From an uncultured virus (IMG/VR IMGVR_UViG_3300020048_000049) (Duplodnaviria; Heunggongvirae; Uroviricota; Caudoviricetes), in IMG/VR virus record IMGVR_UViG_3300020048_000049: a DNA stretch of 57,420 nt; one strand, given 5' to 3'. A program made the position numbers and the translations under genes. Under the pieces are notes generated by a model that saw only the letters and a program-made list of their open reading frames with translations, had not been told where the DNA came from and did not search any database. Below, one piece after another: positions 1 to 10,050 of this stretch (positions are counted from its first letter, which is position 1; each line of letters opens with the position of its first letter).

Positions 1-84
1 GGGGCTTATTAAAGATGCGAGCCTAAATAGACCCCTTAATTGCACCCCTTAGACCCCTTAAATGAGCCTTCTAAGGGGTTTAAA

Positions 85-261
85 TTAGTCCCCTAAGTTA
101 AGGGCTTTCTTATGCTTTGGCTTTCGTGTGTAGTCCTTAGCGTTCTTGTGAGCCTTGTTTGTAGGACGGCTTATTCCTAATTCGATATCGACATTTCTAC
201 GAGCAGTGCGCTCCATGTTTAATATCTGCTTTGCCGTTATTGTTATCTTATTACGTTTCAT
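85..261 (-). CDS. Small basic protein (58 aa) with weak ArfA-like motif
   Basis: Translated by hand: MKRNKITITAKQ...HKNAKDYTRKPKHKK. ATG lies 5 nt after a minus-strand class I element. Confidence 0.6.
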   Translation of the reverse strand: MKRNKITITAKQILNMERTARRNVDIELGISRPTNKAHKNAKDYTRKPKHKKALNLGD

Positions 262-483
262 ATTGTTATAGGTCGTATAAATTAAAAAAAAGAATAGGGG
301 TTATTAGCCCCTTATCTTTAAGCTATTTTGTTTTTTTCCTTATTCCAAACACCATATGATTTTGCATAAGGATTACCTCCTACCATTTTATCATATACCT
401 TTACTACTGTACCTGTTGGCAGGTCGTTTAAGATACAACTGTTTGTACTAAACATATCATACTCAGTAGCTCCAATACGCTCG

Positions 484-764
484 TTATGTGCCATTTTAGG
501 ACACCCTTGCAATCTCATACACTTCATCAATTAAATGGTAGTGAGTTGCAAATTTCACCATTGCATAATTTAAACTACTTGCTTCAATATGTACCATTAA
601 ATCTTTATCCATACTTCTGTATTGGAATAAAAAACGGCACATAACAGCACCTAAAAAAGATGGCTTGCTTTGTTCTTCTAATAAACTTTTGTCTGTGTTC
701 ATAATTTTGTTCTTTTAATTAAGTTTCGAGGTATTAATCAGCCACCTCGTTTAGCTGCAAAACG
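484..764 (+). mobile_element. Integron-type gene cassette at a secondary GTT site
   Basis: Begins G|TTATGTGCC (483-492). Complementary GGCACATAAC at 636-645 opens an imperfect inverted repeat that ends at G|TT (764-766). Confidence 0.75.
496..702 (-). CDS. Cassette-borne hypothetical protein
   Basis: 68 aa ORF starting inside the attC-like site; stop lies next to the cassette end. Confidence 0.6.
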   Translation of the reverse strand: MNTDKSLLEEQSKPSFLGAVMCRFLFQYRSMDKDLMVHIEASSLNYAMVKFATHYHLIDEVYEIARVS

Positions 765-770
765 TTTAGG
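636..770 (+). other. attC-like recombination site
   Basis: GCACATAAC-agcac-CTAAAAAAGATGGCT ... AGCCACCTCGTTTAG-ctgcaaaac-GTT; the arms are partially complementary. Confidence 0.7.
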
Positions 771-880
771 GCTAATTTTTCGTTTAATGCTTTTTTGCTT
801 GCGGCTTTAATGTAGACTTGCATATTATATTTGGTTAGTTGGTTATATAGTTATAGGTCGTATAAATTAAAAAAAAGAAT

Positions 881-1078
881 TTAACGTGTATAGATTAATC
901 CATCATTTTTTGCTTTGATACGGCTTTTAATAGTGCCATCTTTTTTCAAAAATTCATCTTGAGTAAAATCTCTATAATGAATAGCTCCATAGCCGAATTT
1001 TATTTCATATTCAGTAGGCTTTCTGTGATAAGTAATTTCTTTATTTACTTTATTCCAAGGTAATTGTGATTTTTCCAT
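881..1078 (-). CDS. Hypothetical protein
   Basis: ORF between two minus-strand class I elements. Confidence 0.75.
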   Translation of the reverse strand: MEKSQLPWNKVNKEITYHRKPTEYEIKFGYGAIHYRDFTQDEFLKKDGTIKSRIKAKNDGLIYTR

Positions 1079-1166
1079 TGTGTTTGTTTTGGTTGGTATA
1101 TTGTTATAGGTCGTATAAATTAAAAAAAAGAAATTCTTTTTTATCTTACTATTGACCTATAACATT

Positions 1167-1388
1167 ATGAATAATGCAAAATTAGAAAATGTACATATAT
1201 CTCAAATTTCTTCAGGGGATACTATTGAGTTTGGCGGTAAATTAACTACTGTAAGCGCAAATAACATAAAGAGGGATTCCTTCATAGGTATTACCTTGTT
1301 TGGTGATAGCTATCATTTAGGACATAAACCCGTTAAAAAAGTTGTTGCATGGATTGGTGAAAACGGAAATTTAGTTCCTATCAGATAG
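1167..1388 (+). CDS. Hypothetical protein (leaderless)
   Basis: ATG 5 nt after GACCTATA. Confidence 0.75.
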   Translation: MNNAKLENVHISQISSGDTIEFGGKLTTVSANNIKRDSFIGITLFGDSYHLGHKPVKKVVAWIGENGNLVPIR

Positions 1389-1426
1389 GGACTTTCTTTT
1401 TTTCTGTTTGGTTGACCTATAATAAT

Positions 1427-1488
1427 ATAAACAGAAAGACCCCGAAAATGTAATAAGTTCGGCAGGGTTAATCCGCTCCTACCTTATA
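1427..1488 (+). ncRNA. Repeated structured small-RNA-like unit, copy 1 (CCGA/TCGG variant)
   Basis: Class I element, then core GGCAGGGTTAATCC...CCTTATA and T-run. Confidence 0.55.
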
Positions 1489-1643
1489 CTTTTTTTTGTT
1501 AAAATTTGGCTTTTCTTTTTTTTCTTTTTGTTGACCTATAAAGGTATAAGACAAACAAACAGAGTTTAATTTTAAAATAAAACAAATTCTTTTTTTTCTT
1601 ATTGTTGACCTATAACCATATAAACCACATAAACCAATATACT

Positions 1644-2207
1644 ATGAAAAATGTAATTTTATCAAAAAATCAATTAATTGCTGAATTAAGCGAATTTCGC
1701 AAAAATGTTTCAGCTACGGGAACGGCTTTTGGTTCTGTTGTTTACTTTGTTGACGAATCGGGTTCAAAAACAGTAAACAAGCAAAAAGTGTTACAAAAGT
1801 TGGTACGAGTTGCTATTACTTTAGGCTCTAACTACGAAGGACGTATCAATAGAGATTTAGTAAAAAATGAAGAAGAAGCAAATTTTACAGCACAATCAAT
1901 GAGTGGTAAAAAACACTTAAATGATGAAGGGGTTTTATTAACTGATACAAAAACAGAAACTAAAATTTACCTTAATGCAGTGGTTGAAAATCATGCTAAA
2001 CCCGATACAATTTACTTTCACGAAGGTAAGCGTATTAGCAAGGCTGATGCAATCGAGAAAGGTTTATTTATGCCTTCTTACTTCACTGAAAAAACAACAA
2101 TGGGGCGTGGCAATATGAGCGATGCAAAGGACTTTCACATTATCAATACGAATTTAGATAATGTTATTAGTATTACTTTAAACAAGGTAAAACGAATAGT
2201 AAAATAA
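1644..2207 (+). CDS. Hypothetical protein, paralog of 13185-13775
   Basis: Shared YFxDESGSxTVNKQKxLQKLVR and LFMPSYFT...GRGNMS blocks. Confidence 0.85.
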   Translation: MKNVILSKNQLIAELSEFRKNVSATGTAFGSVVYFVDESGSKTVNKQKVLQKLVRVAITLGSNYEGRINRDLVKNEEEANFTAQSMSGKKHLNDEGVLLTDTKTETKIYLNAVVENHAKPDTIYFHEGKRISKADAIEKGLFMPSYFTEKTTMGRGNMSDAKDFHIINTNLDNVISITLNKVKRIVK

Positions 2208-2213
2208 TAAGAT

Positions 2214-2242
2214 AGGGGGTTAAAATCCCCTTTCTTTTTTTT
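2214..2242 (+). terminator. Intrinsic terminator whose T-tract is the start of the next class I element
   Basis: AGGGGG-ttaaaa-TCCCCT followed by TTCTTTTTTTT. Confidence 0.7.
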
Positions 2243-2729
2243 CTTTTCTTTGACCTATAATAATATAACCAATCAAACTCTCCCTTATGAAATCAAATAT
2301 TAAAATTTTTATTGCATCTTCAATTTCATTCTTAGTAATTGTTAAATTGGTAATGGATTTTTTTGAGGTGAATTAAGTATCTCTCCCTTTCTTTTTTTTA
2401 AAAACTTTGACCTATAATAATATAACCAATTAAACTCTCCCTATATGCAAAAAATATTAGAATGTTCGTTAATTATAATAAGTAGCTTTAAAGGTTTCGT
2501 TTTATGCGGAATTGTAATTAGTTTAACTGTTGCGCTATTGTTATTTTAATTCTTTTTTTAAAAAACTTTGACCTATAATAATATGCGAAACAAAAACTTA
2601 AGGTAAAGATAGCCTACGACCAACTCTCCCTCTGTGAGAAACGCCTTTGTGCAAAATGTTTGTGAGTTAAACCACAAAGTACCCGCTGAGAAATTAGCGG
2701 GATTTTTTTATATCTCTCCCTAAAAAAAA

Positions 2730-2798
2730 GTTTGTTGCAGGGGTGGATTAACCCTGCCCATTTTGGGGGTAAGCTCCAGTGGCAAACTGTCTGCTTAT
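2730..2798 (-). ncRNA. Repeated small-RNA-like unit, copy 2 (inverted)
   Basis: Reverse complement of ATAAGCAGACAGTTTGCCACTGGAGCTTACCCCC...GGCAGGGTTAATCC, with its own minus-strand class I element. Confidence 0.6.
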
Positions 2799-2919
2799 AT
2801 TATTATAGGTCGTGTTTTTTAAAAAAAAGAAAAACTCTCCCTATTCTTTTTAGATTAAAACAAAATTCTTTTTTTTATTATTGTTGACCTATAATATTAT
2901 AACCAAGCAAACTAAAACC

Positions 2920-3114
2920 ATGGAAAATAACAGCAACATATTAATCAAAGGTATTGAGTTAACAGATGAGCAAAAGTCTTTATTAACATTCAGAGGTATG
3001 AGCAATCCTAAATTTGTTAAGAATCATTCTTTTTATTTCAAGGATGGTAAACCTTCAAATGAAGTTGGATTTATTTATCCCGTATGCCATTCATTTTCAC
3101 ATTTACCTTATTAG
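2920..3114 (+). CDS. Hypothetical protein
   Basis: ORF between class I elements. Confidence 0.7.
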   Translation: MENNSNILIKGIELTDEQKSLLTFRGMSNPKFVKNHSFYFKDGKPSNEVGFIYPVCHSFSHLPY

Positions 3115-3183
3115 TATTTCTTTTTTTTAATATCTTTGACCTATAATAATTTAACTAAACAAATAAAACTAAATAAATATATT

Positions 3184-3579
3184 ATGAAGATTATTTTAGA
3201 CAATGAAGAGAGTGAAAAGTTTTTCCATAATGCTTTATGCAATTCAATGGGAGAAGTATGTAGTTATGGTTTGTCTCTTGACTATTCAGATAAAGAGTAT
3301 AAAGCAGCCGTTAAAAAATTAAAAGAGGAAAGTCCAAATTCAGTTGTTTGTCGTGAAGATGTTTGGATGCAAATATTAAAAGATGGTGGCTCTTTAACCC
3401 TTACTGATGATGAAGATGAAGATGGAGAAAAGAACACTATAACATTAGCAGATGTTCATAAAAAAGTTAATGAAGTAGAGGATAGGCATTTGACTGATAT
3501 GGCAAATGAAAATGATGATGCATATACGGGAGATGCAATAATACAAACAGTATTTTTTGGAGAGATAGTTTATGGTTAA
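3184..3579 (+). CDS. Hypothetical acidic phage protein
   Basis: ORF ending DAYTGDAIIQTVFFGEIVYG. Confidence 0.8.
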   Translation: MKIILDNEESEKFFHNALCNSMGEVCSYGLSLDYSDKEYKAAVKKLKEESPNSVVCREDVWMQILKDGGSLTLTDDEDEDGEKNTITLADVHKKVNEVEDRHLTDMANENDDAYTGDAIIQTVFFGEIVYG

Positions 3580-3697
3580 GCAATAAGATAATTTATGTTT
3601 GGTTTAAAAAGCGTTGGGGTGGTAGCCAACAAAAGATAGAGACAAGGTTTAAACTTTGTCTCTTTTCTTTTTTTTATTTTTTCTGACCTATAAAGAT

Positions 3698-3770
3698 ATA
3701 ACAGAGAGATGCCTTACCAAGCAGAATCTACCTCCAAAACTGGGCAGGGTTAATCCACCTCTACCTTATA
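3698..3770 (+). ncRNA. Repeated small-RNA-like unit, copy 3 (diverged)
   Basis: Core GGGCAGGGTTAATCCAC..CCTTATA after class I element. Confidence 0.5.
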
Positions 3771-3845
3771 TTTTTTTTACAACTCTCCCTTTTCTTTTTT
3801 TTATTTTTTATGACCTATAAAGATATAACCAAACAAACTGAAATT

Positions 3846-4058
3846 ATGGATATTATGTTAGCTATTGTAATGGAACAACAAATAGTTCCAAGCAAAGAAA
3901 ATTTAACTTTTGAGGAAAAACAAGAATTAGCAATGTTATCAGTTTTTAAAGTTATCAACGTTAAACTTGATGAAGAACAACAAATTAAATTTGATTCTCT
4001 TATGATGAAAAAATTTGCCTTTGATTTATATAACAAAAAGCAAATTGCATTTAATTAA
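3846..4058 (+). CDS. Hypothetical protein
   Basis: ORF between class I elements. Confidence 0.7.
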   Translation: MDIMLAIVMEQQIVPSKENLTFEEKQELAMLSVFKVINVKLDEEQQIKFDSLMMKKFAFDLYNKKQIAFN

Positions 4059-4091
4059 TTCTTTTTTTATTAATCCTTGACCTATAATAAT

Positions 4092-4289
4092 ATGAAACAA
4101 CTAGTAATAGATTTACGAGCAGTTATAACTAAATTTCCTCAACTTAGCGAAGATGTAAATGGTATGTATCAGTTGTGTAAGGATGAGATTGAGGAGGGCG
4201 GTAGTCCTGACCATGAGATTGATTCTTGCAGACAAGCGGTTAGAGATTTGATTGATGATATTGGAGAAGATAGTTCTTTTTTTTACTAA
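4092..4289 (+). CDS. Hypothetical protein (leaderless)
   Basis: ATG 5 nt after GACCTATA. Confidence 0.7.
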   Translation: MKQLVIDLRAVITKFPQLSEDVNGMYQLCKDEIEEGGSPDHEIDSCRQAVRDLIDDIGEDSSFFY

Positions 4290-4306
4290 CCTTGACCTAT
4301 AATATT

Positions 4307-4558
4307 ATGAGCAATTTAAAAAATAAAACACTATTACAATTATGTAAATGCAATAATTGTGGACACATAATAATTGATGAAAATCCACAAGTTAATGCAC
4401 CTTTCTATGTTGCAAATATTAACAATGCTTATAGTATGCGACAAATATTAGATAGTGAAACAAATAGCTATTTTTGGGGTTGTGGAAAATGTGAAACAGA
4501 TTCATATCTAACTGATGATATAACAAAAGAGGATAGAGATAATGTATTTAAGGACTAA
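4307..4558 (+). CDS. Putative zinc-ribbon protein (leaderless)
   Basis: CNNC and CGKC pairs. Confidence 0.7.
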   Translation: MSNLKNKTLLQLCKCNNCGHIIIDENPQVNAPFYVANINNAYSMRQILDSETNSYFWGCGKCETDSYLTDDITKEDRDNVFKD

Positions 4559-4825
4559 AAATACTAATTCTTTTTTTTACTAACCTTGACCTATAAAGAT
4601 ATAACCAACTAAACCAAATATTATGTCAGAAACAGTAACGAGTAAAACAAAAGTTAGAAACGGTATTTATGCTTATAGATACTCTAATGGGTGGATTACA
4701 ATAAATGGGCACCGATTTTTATACTATTCAGTAAAAGAAGCAATAAAAATTTGGAGAAGTAAAAACTAATTTCTTTTTTTTAGTATTGTTGACCTATAAA
4801 GATATAACCAACTAATCCAAACATT

Positions 4826-5029
4826 ATGAAAGATAGCACTGCTCAAATTTACCATAAGGTAATTAGTCAAATAGTAAAAAAAGAAAATATTTCAATCGAA
4901 CAAGCAACTGAAATTGTTGATAAACACGAAACGTGGCTTATTGATATGGTTGAGGCTTTGGATGAAACAAATGTTTTTTACCTAGCAACTTGCATTTTCG
5001 ATTTTCATTGTGATGAAGTAAATAACTAA
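4826..5029 (+). CDS. Hypothetical protein
   Basis: ORF after class I element. Confidence 0.7.
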   Translation: MKDSTAQIYHKVISQIVKKENISIEQATEIVDKHETWLIDMVEALDETNVFYLATCIFDFHCDEVNN

Positions 5030-5045
5030 AAACAAATATAAAGCT

Positions 5046-5234
5046 ATGGCGTGTGATTTAAGATGTCCAAATTGCGAAGACAATTTAGGAAAAGACAAAG
5101 AAAATTCAGCACTTGCAAGTTGTGGAAATTGTGGGGAAACAAACATTTTCAATCCTTATGGAGATACTGACGAATTGACCGAAGAGGAAATGTCAATTTT
5201 CAAAAGTAAAATGAGAAAAAAGCGAGGGTATTAA
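5046..5234 (+). CDS. Putative zinc-ribbon protein
   Basis: CPNC and CGNC pairs. Confidence 0.7.
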   Translation: MACDLRCPNCEDNLGKDKENSALASCGNCGETNIFNPYGDTDELTEEEMSIFKSKMRKKRGY

Positions 5235-5518
5235 TCCCTTTCTTTTTTTTCTTTTAATTGACCTATAAAGATATAACCAACTAATCCAAATTAATATGGC
5301 AAAAAAATTATTCAACTGTTCTACTTGGACAAAAGATAAAAAATCAACAATTTCAATAAAAAGTATTTCTTTTGCAAATGCTTATTTAAAAGATAGTTTA
5401 AACCATTTAGAATGTGGTAAAATATCAAAAATTGAAGTAGATTATTCTTCTGAAAAATAATATTCTTTTTTTATTAATCTTTGACCTATAAGGATATAAC
5501 CAAACAAACATAAACTAT

Positions 5519-5707
5519 ATGAAAACTATTACAGCAATAAGAAACGCATTTTGGGATGTTCACACAGAGTTCAAATCTGAATTTCGTAAAACATACAGAC
5601 AAGACCAATACAGAACTGACATACGTTGTGCCTTTGTTGATTATGTTGACCATTTACAGAAAAATGGAGATATAAACGAAACATTAGCAAGACGAGTAAC
5701 ATTATAA
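5519..5707 (+). CDS. Hypothetical protein
   Basis: ORF between element and terminator. Confidence 0.75.
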   Translation: MKTITAIRNAFWDVHTEFKSEFRKTYRQDQYRTDIRCAFVDYVDHLQKNGDINETLARRVTL

Positions 5708-5772
5708 AGATAGGGGGAAATCCCCTTTCTTTTTTTTCTTTTCTTTGACCTATAATATAAAACCTAAAACAT

Positions 5773-6132
5773 ATGAAAAAAGTATTATTAATGTTATCAG
5801 CAGGAATTCAGTCTTCATCTGTTAAGACTCCTGAGTTTAAAGAATTTGCCCGTGCATTTAAAAGTATGTTGGCAAAAGAATTGCAGTCAGTGGGCGCAAA
5901 ATTAGAAGATTATAGCGTTGGACATTTCAATGTGAATGGCTTTTTTAAGAAAGATGAACAATTGTATTATTTCTCTTTTGGGGATGTTCGTGGAATGGAA
6001 TTTGTTATTAATAGGGGTGACAAGGTGCGAATGATGTATCGCACTGCAAAGCACTTAAAAGATTGGACAGGGGGTTCAAATCAGTGGGTTGATATTGAAG
6101 AAAATTTTGCGCAAAGAATGAGACTATCCTAA
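5773..6132 (+). CDS. Hypothetical phage protein
   Basis: ORF between elements; YRTAKHLKDWTGGSN motif. Confidence 0.8.
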   Translation: MKKVLLMLSAGIQSSSVKTPEFKEFARAFKSMLAKELQSVGAKLEDYSVGHFNVNGFFKKDEQLYYFSFGDVRGMEFVINRGDKVRMMYRTAKHLKDWTGGSNQWVDIEENFAQRMRLS

Positions 6133-6194
6133 AAGGGTAGTTTCTTTTTTTTCTTTTTGTTGACCTATAAGTATATAACCAAAAAAAACATATT

Positions 6195-6479
6195 ATGGCA
6201 GTTGTAAAAACACTTGAACAATTAAAAAAAGCAATAGAAGGAACTAAATTTGCTACTGACATGGGAACTTTCATGAAAGTAAATGATGGGCAAATGGCTC
6301 ATGGTACATGGAATTTAATTATTTCAATTCGTGACTGTAACCTTTATAGTAAGGGAATTAAACCTCATAGGAATTGGAGAATTTCAGATGTTAAGTGGTA
6401 TTTTGGAATCAGTGGCAGTGCTGAAAAGATGGCAAAAACGCTTGAGGGCTATCTCGAAATATTAAAAGCAGAAAAGTAA
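6195..6479 (+). CDS. Hypothetical protein
   Basis: ORF between element and terminator. Confidence 0.8.
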   Translation: MAVVKTLEQLKKAIEGTKFATDMGTFMKVNDGQMAHGTWNLIISIRDCNLYSKGIKPHRNWRISDVKWYFGISGSAEKMAKTLEGYLEILKAEK

Positions 6480-6555
6480 TCGAAGGGGCGCAAAGCCCTT
6501 TCTTTTTTTTCTTTTCTTTGACCTATAAAGATATAACCAACTAAACTAATATATT

Positions 6556-6867
6556 ATGGCAAAGGAAAAACTAACTCCCGCAGACAAAAAATTCATTGAG
6601 AAATTTTTCGGTGAAGTCAATTTTGACGCTACTGACATTACAAGAGAAAACCGATTTTCGGGGGTAAAAATTTCAGTAGACCCCGTATTTGCAAAGTGTT
6701 TTGATTTTGTGTTAAACCTTGAAGAGGCAATGGTATCACAAAGTGAAGTGAAAATGCAAAAAATTCATCCGTCACTTAAAATGACAAATGCAGTATCTAA
6801 TTTTGACAGAGCTCGAATGATTGCCTTAAAAATGGATGCAGATGCTTACATGGAACTTTTAGACTAA
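6556..6867 (+). CDS. Hypothetical protein
   Basis: ORF ending DAYMELLD, followed by a terminator. Confidence 0.8.
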   Translation: MAKEKLTPADKKFIEKFFGEVNFDATDITRENRFSGVKISVDPVFAKCFDFVLNLEEAMVSQSEVKMQKIHPSLKMTNAVSNFDRARMIALKMDADAYMELLD

Positions 6868-6920
6868 TTGAAGGGGCGCAAAGCCCTTTCTTTTTTTTCT
6901 TTTCTTTGACCTATAAAGAT

Positions 6921-6989
6921 ATAAGCAGACAGTTTGCCACTGGAGCTTACCCCCAAAAATGGGCAGGGTTAATCCGCCCCTACCTTATA
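6921..6989 (+). ncRNA. Repeated small-RNA-like unit, copy 4
   Basis: Full consensus copy after class I element. Confidence 0.6.
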
Positions 6990-7149
6990 TTTTTTTTTGT
7001 TAAAATTTGACTTTTCTTTTTTTTCTTTTCTTTGACCTATACGTTTTATGATTTTGTTTTATTTTAAATAAGTTTGTTTAGATTGAAACTAAATTCTTTT
7101 TTTTACGTATGATGACCTATAAGGATATAACCAATTAAAACTTAAAGAC

Positions 7150-8103
7150 ATGGCACACAATTTAAATGAAAAAGATGGCAAAACTAGTTTTGCAAGTACT
7201 GAAAACGCTTGGCACGGTTTAGGGCAAATCGTTGAAAAAGCAATGACTTCTGAAGAAGCTATTAAATTAGCTAATTTGGATTATGACGTAGTAAAAGAAC
7301 CAATTTTTTGCGAAGGGCAAAATGGTATCGGCTCGGTTATTCCAAATAACTTTGTAACAAAACGCACTGATAACAACGAGATTTTTGGAATCGTTGGGAA
7401 TCGTTACGAAATTGTTCAAAACCGTGATGCCTTTGGATTTTTTGATGCTATTGTTGGAACGGGACAAGCAATTTTTGAAACGGCAGGAGTTTTGGGCAAA
7501 GGGGAACGCATTTTCATATCTGCAAAAATGCCTTCATACGTTCGTATTAACGGCACTGATGATGTAACAGAGATGTATACCATGTTAACAAGCTCACATG
7601 ATGGCACGGGGGCAGTAATTGCAGCTATTACGCCTATTCGTGTGGTGTGTCAAAACACTTTAAAAATGGCTTTAAAGGATACGAAAAACAAAATTTCTAT
7701 TCGCCATACGACAAGTGCAGAATCAAAATTGGCAGATGCTCACAAATTATTAGGGATTGTTAACACTTATACAGAGGCTTTAAATGCTTCGGTTAACCAA
7801 CTCGCCCTAAAAAAAGTTTCTGACTTGCAAGTTAAAAACTTAATTGCTGAGTTATTCCCTAGCGATGCAAAGGTTGAAACTCGAATTACAAATATTCGTG
7901 ATGCAGTTTCTAAGTCGTATTTTGAGGGTGTTGGACAAGAAAAAGTTTTAGGTACAGCGTGGGGGTTCTTAAATGGTGTTACTCACTACTTAAGCCACGA
8001 AAAAGAGTACAAAGACTCTGACACTAAGTTTGAGAACCTTGTAATGGACGGGGCAAGCTCAAAGGTAACAGATAGAGCAATGGAATTATTAATGGCTTTA
8101 TAA
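7150..8103 (+). CDS. DUF932 family phage/plasmid protein (TIGR03299-like)
   Basis: AWHGLG, YEIVQNRDAF, FETAGVL, SSHDG, TPIRVVCQNTL, IRHT and GTAWGFLNGVT motifs. Confidence 0.9.
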   Translation: MAHNLNEKDGKTSFASTENAWHGLGQIVEKAMTSEEAIKLANLDYDVVKEPIFCEGQNGIGSVIPNNFVTKRTDNNEIFGIVGNRYEIVQNRDAFGFFDAIVGTGQAIFETAGVLGKGERIFISAKMPSYVRINGTDDVTEMYTMLTSSHDGTGAVIAAITPIRVVCQNTLKMALKDTKNKISIRHTTSAESKLADAHKLLGIVNTYTEALNASVNQLALKKVSDLQVKNLIAELFPSDAKVETRITNIRDAVSKSYFEGVGQEKVLGTAWGFLNGVTHYLSHEKEYKDSDTKFENLVMDGASSKVTDRAMELLMAL

Positions 8104-8349
8104 GGCTTAAAATGAAGGGGGGAGTTTTTAACTCTCCCTTTCTTTTTTTTCTTTTTGTTGACCTATAGAGATAGGAATCAATAAAATGAAAAACATGGAA
8201 AATCAAGAAGCACAATTGTACACTTTTCACGCTCCTATTTTAACTGCAAATGCAGTATCTAGTATGAGCAAGTAAAAGCAAAGTGTTAAGAGAATAGCGA
8301 AGGGATTAGGAACCCTTCGCTTTTTTATTTACTCTCCCCAGAAAAAAAG

Positions 8350-8416
8350 TATAAGGCAGGTGTGGATTAACCCTGCCCAATTTGGGGGTAGACTCCGAGT
8401 GGCAAACTGTCTGTCT
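8350..8416 (-). ncRNA. Repeated small-RNA-like unit, copy 5 (inverted)
   Basis: Reverse-complement copy with minus-strand class I element. Confidence 0.6.
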
Positions 8417-8524
8417 GATTATATAGGTCTCCCTTTTGAAAAAAAAGAAAGTTTGTTTTAATTTAAAAAGAATTCTTTTTTTTCTTATTGCTGACCTATA
8501 AGTTTAACCAAACAAACCAACGCC

Positions 8525-8734
8525 ATGAGCAAAATTATTATACCTCAGCCATTAACAAAAGAAGAAGTAAAGGAATTAAATCTATTGCTTAATCATATAA
8601 ACAGAGCAAGTAATTTAATGGATTATATTTCTGAAAGCGATGCAAACAGATATAACTTTGAGCGAATCAGAGTATTAAATTTAAAGCAAGCTGAACGTAA
8701 AGAATTTGTAACAAGCTTTTTTTCTCCTAACTAA
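8525..8734 (+). CDS. Hypothetical protein
   Basis: ORF between elements. Confidence 0.7.
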   Translation: MSKIIIPQPLTKEEVKELNLLLNHINRASNLMDYISESDANRYNFERIRVLNLKQAERKEFVTSFFSPN

Positions 8735-8979
8735 TAATTCTTTTTTTTAACTCTCCCTGACCTATAATATTATGGAAGAAACTACATTTGCCGCCTGGTA
8801 TGAATCAAACAAAGAAGATTTAAGAGATGAGTACAACTGTAAACTTTGCAGTGAGACACCTCCTGAAATTGTTCCAACTTTAAAGGAGTGGGCAAAAGAA
8901 AGATATGAATTGCTAAATAAATAAATTCTTTTTTTATAAATCTTTGACCTATAAAAGTATAACCTCTAAAAATATAGAA

Positions 8980-9306
8980 ATGAACTTCATACAAGAAATG
9001 CAAGAATATAAAGAAAAATCAATTGATAAGGTTACTGAGCTTGTTATCAATGGGATTGAAGCTGCATATTTAACAAGAAAATTAGGATATGACAATTGGA
9101 AAAAACATATGCACTATAATAGACCTTGTGTTTCATTTGCTTTTAGTACGGCAAATAGTAATGAAATACAAAGTATCAGTAAAGTAGATATTTCAATATT
9201 CGACAATATGTCTGAAATCGAAAGACGTGTAAATGCTAAACTTGGAGTTAAAGCTATTGAATATAGAATAGATAGAAAGAATCATTATTTCAAACTTATT
9301 GTTTAA
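8980..9306 (+). CDS. Hypothetical protein
   Basis: ORF between elements. Confidence 0.75.
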   Translation: MNFIQEMQEYKEKSIDKVTELVINGIEAAYLTRKLGYDNWKKHMHYNRPCVSFAFSTANSNEIQSISKVDISIFDNMSEIERRVNAKLGVKAIEYRIDRKNHYFKLIV

Positions 9307-9594
9307 ATAAATTCTTTTTTTAACTCTCCCTGACCTATAACATTATAACAAACAAAAGCAAAACATTATGAAATTAGTATTATTAGTAACATTAACAACA
9401 TTAGTAAGTTTAACTCCTCAATTAGCGGAAAAATCAAGCCGTGTACGTGTAAAAGGCGGAACTGTAAATGAGTACAAACAAAAAAACGGTAAAACGTTAA
9501 GATATTTTTAGTTCTTTATTTCTTTTTAATTGAATCTAACTCCCCTCGTAAATGAGGGGTTTTCTTTTTTTATTAATCTTTGACCTATAATAAT

Positions 9595-9858
9595 ATGAAA
9601 GCAAAAGAAACAAGTGTTGAAATATGGAAATTTCTTGATAAAAATTTCAAGGCAAGAAAAGATAAAAAGAGTGAACATACTATGGTTCATGTTGTCTCAA
9701 AAGATAAGGATTTACAGACTAATTTTGTTGCAGGCGGTTTATTGTATGTTATTGCAGAGAAATTTCCTGAAGTTAAAACAAACGTTTTAATACCAACAAA
9801 ATCTATTATAAAAGCATGGTGTAAATCAAAAACTGATTCTTTTTTTTCTAAACTCTGA
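9595..9858 (+). CDS. Hypothetical protein (leaderless)
   Basis: ATG 5 nt after GACCTATA. Confidence 0.7.
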   Translation: MKAKETSVEIWKFLDKNFKARKDKKSEHTMVHVVSKDKDLQTNFVAGGLLYVIAEKFPEVKTNVLIPTKSIIKAWCKSKTDSFFSKL

Positions 9859-10050
9859 CCTATAATAATATGAAAGAGATAACTGTACAAAGCAAATTCT
9901 GGAATAGCCCAAAGAGGGTTGTGTTACATGATGAATCAGATAATACAATTCATGTTAATGGACACGTATTTACATGGAATAATTTTTTTCAAGTTAATAG
10001 AATAGTTTAATTCTTTTTTTTAAATAACCTGACCTATAATAAAAAACGAT

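Larger units (their letters stand above)
318..823 (-). pseudogene. Phage gene (~74 aa) split by cassette insertion at 484-764
   Basis: Removing 484-764 joins MQVYIKAASKKALNEKLALN in frame to ERIGATEYDMF...KNKIA. Confidence 0.75.
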
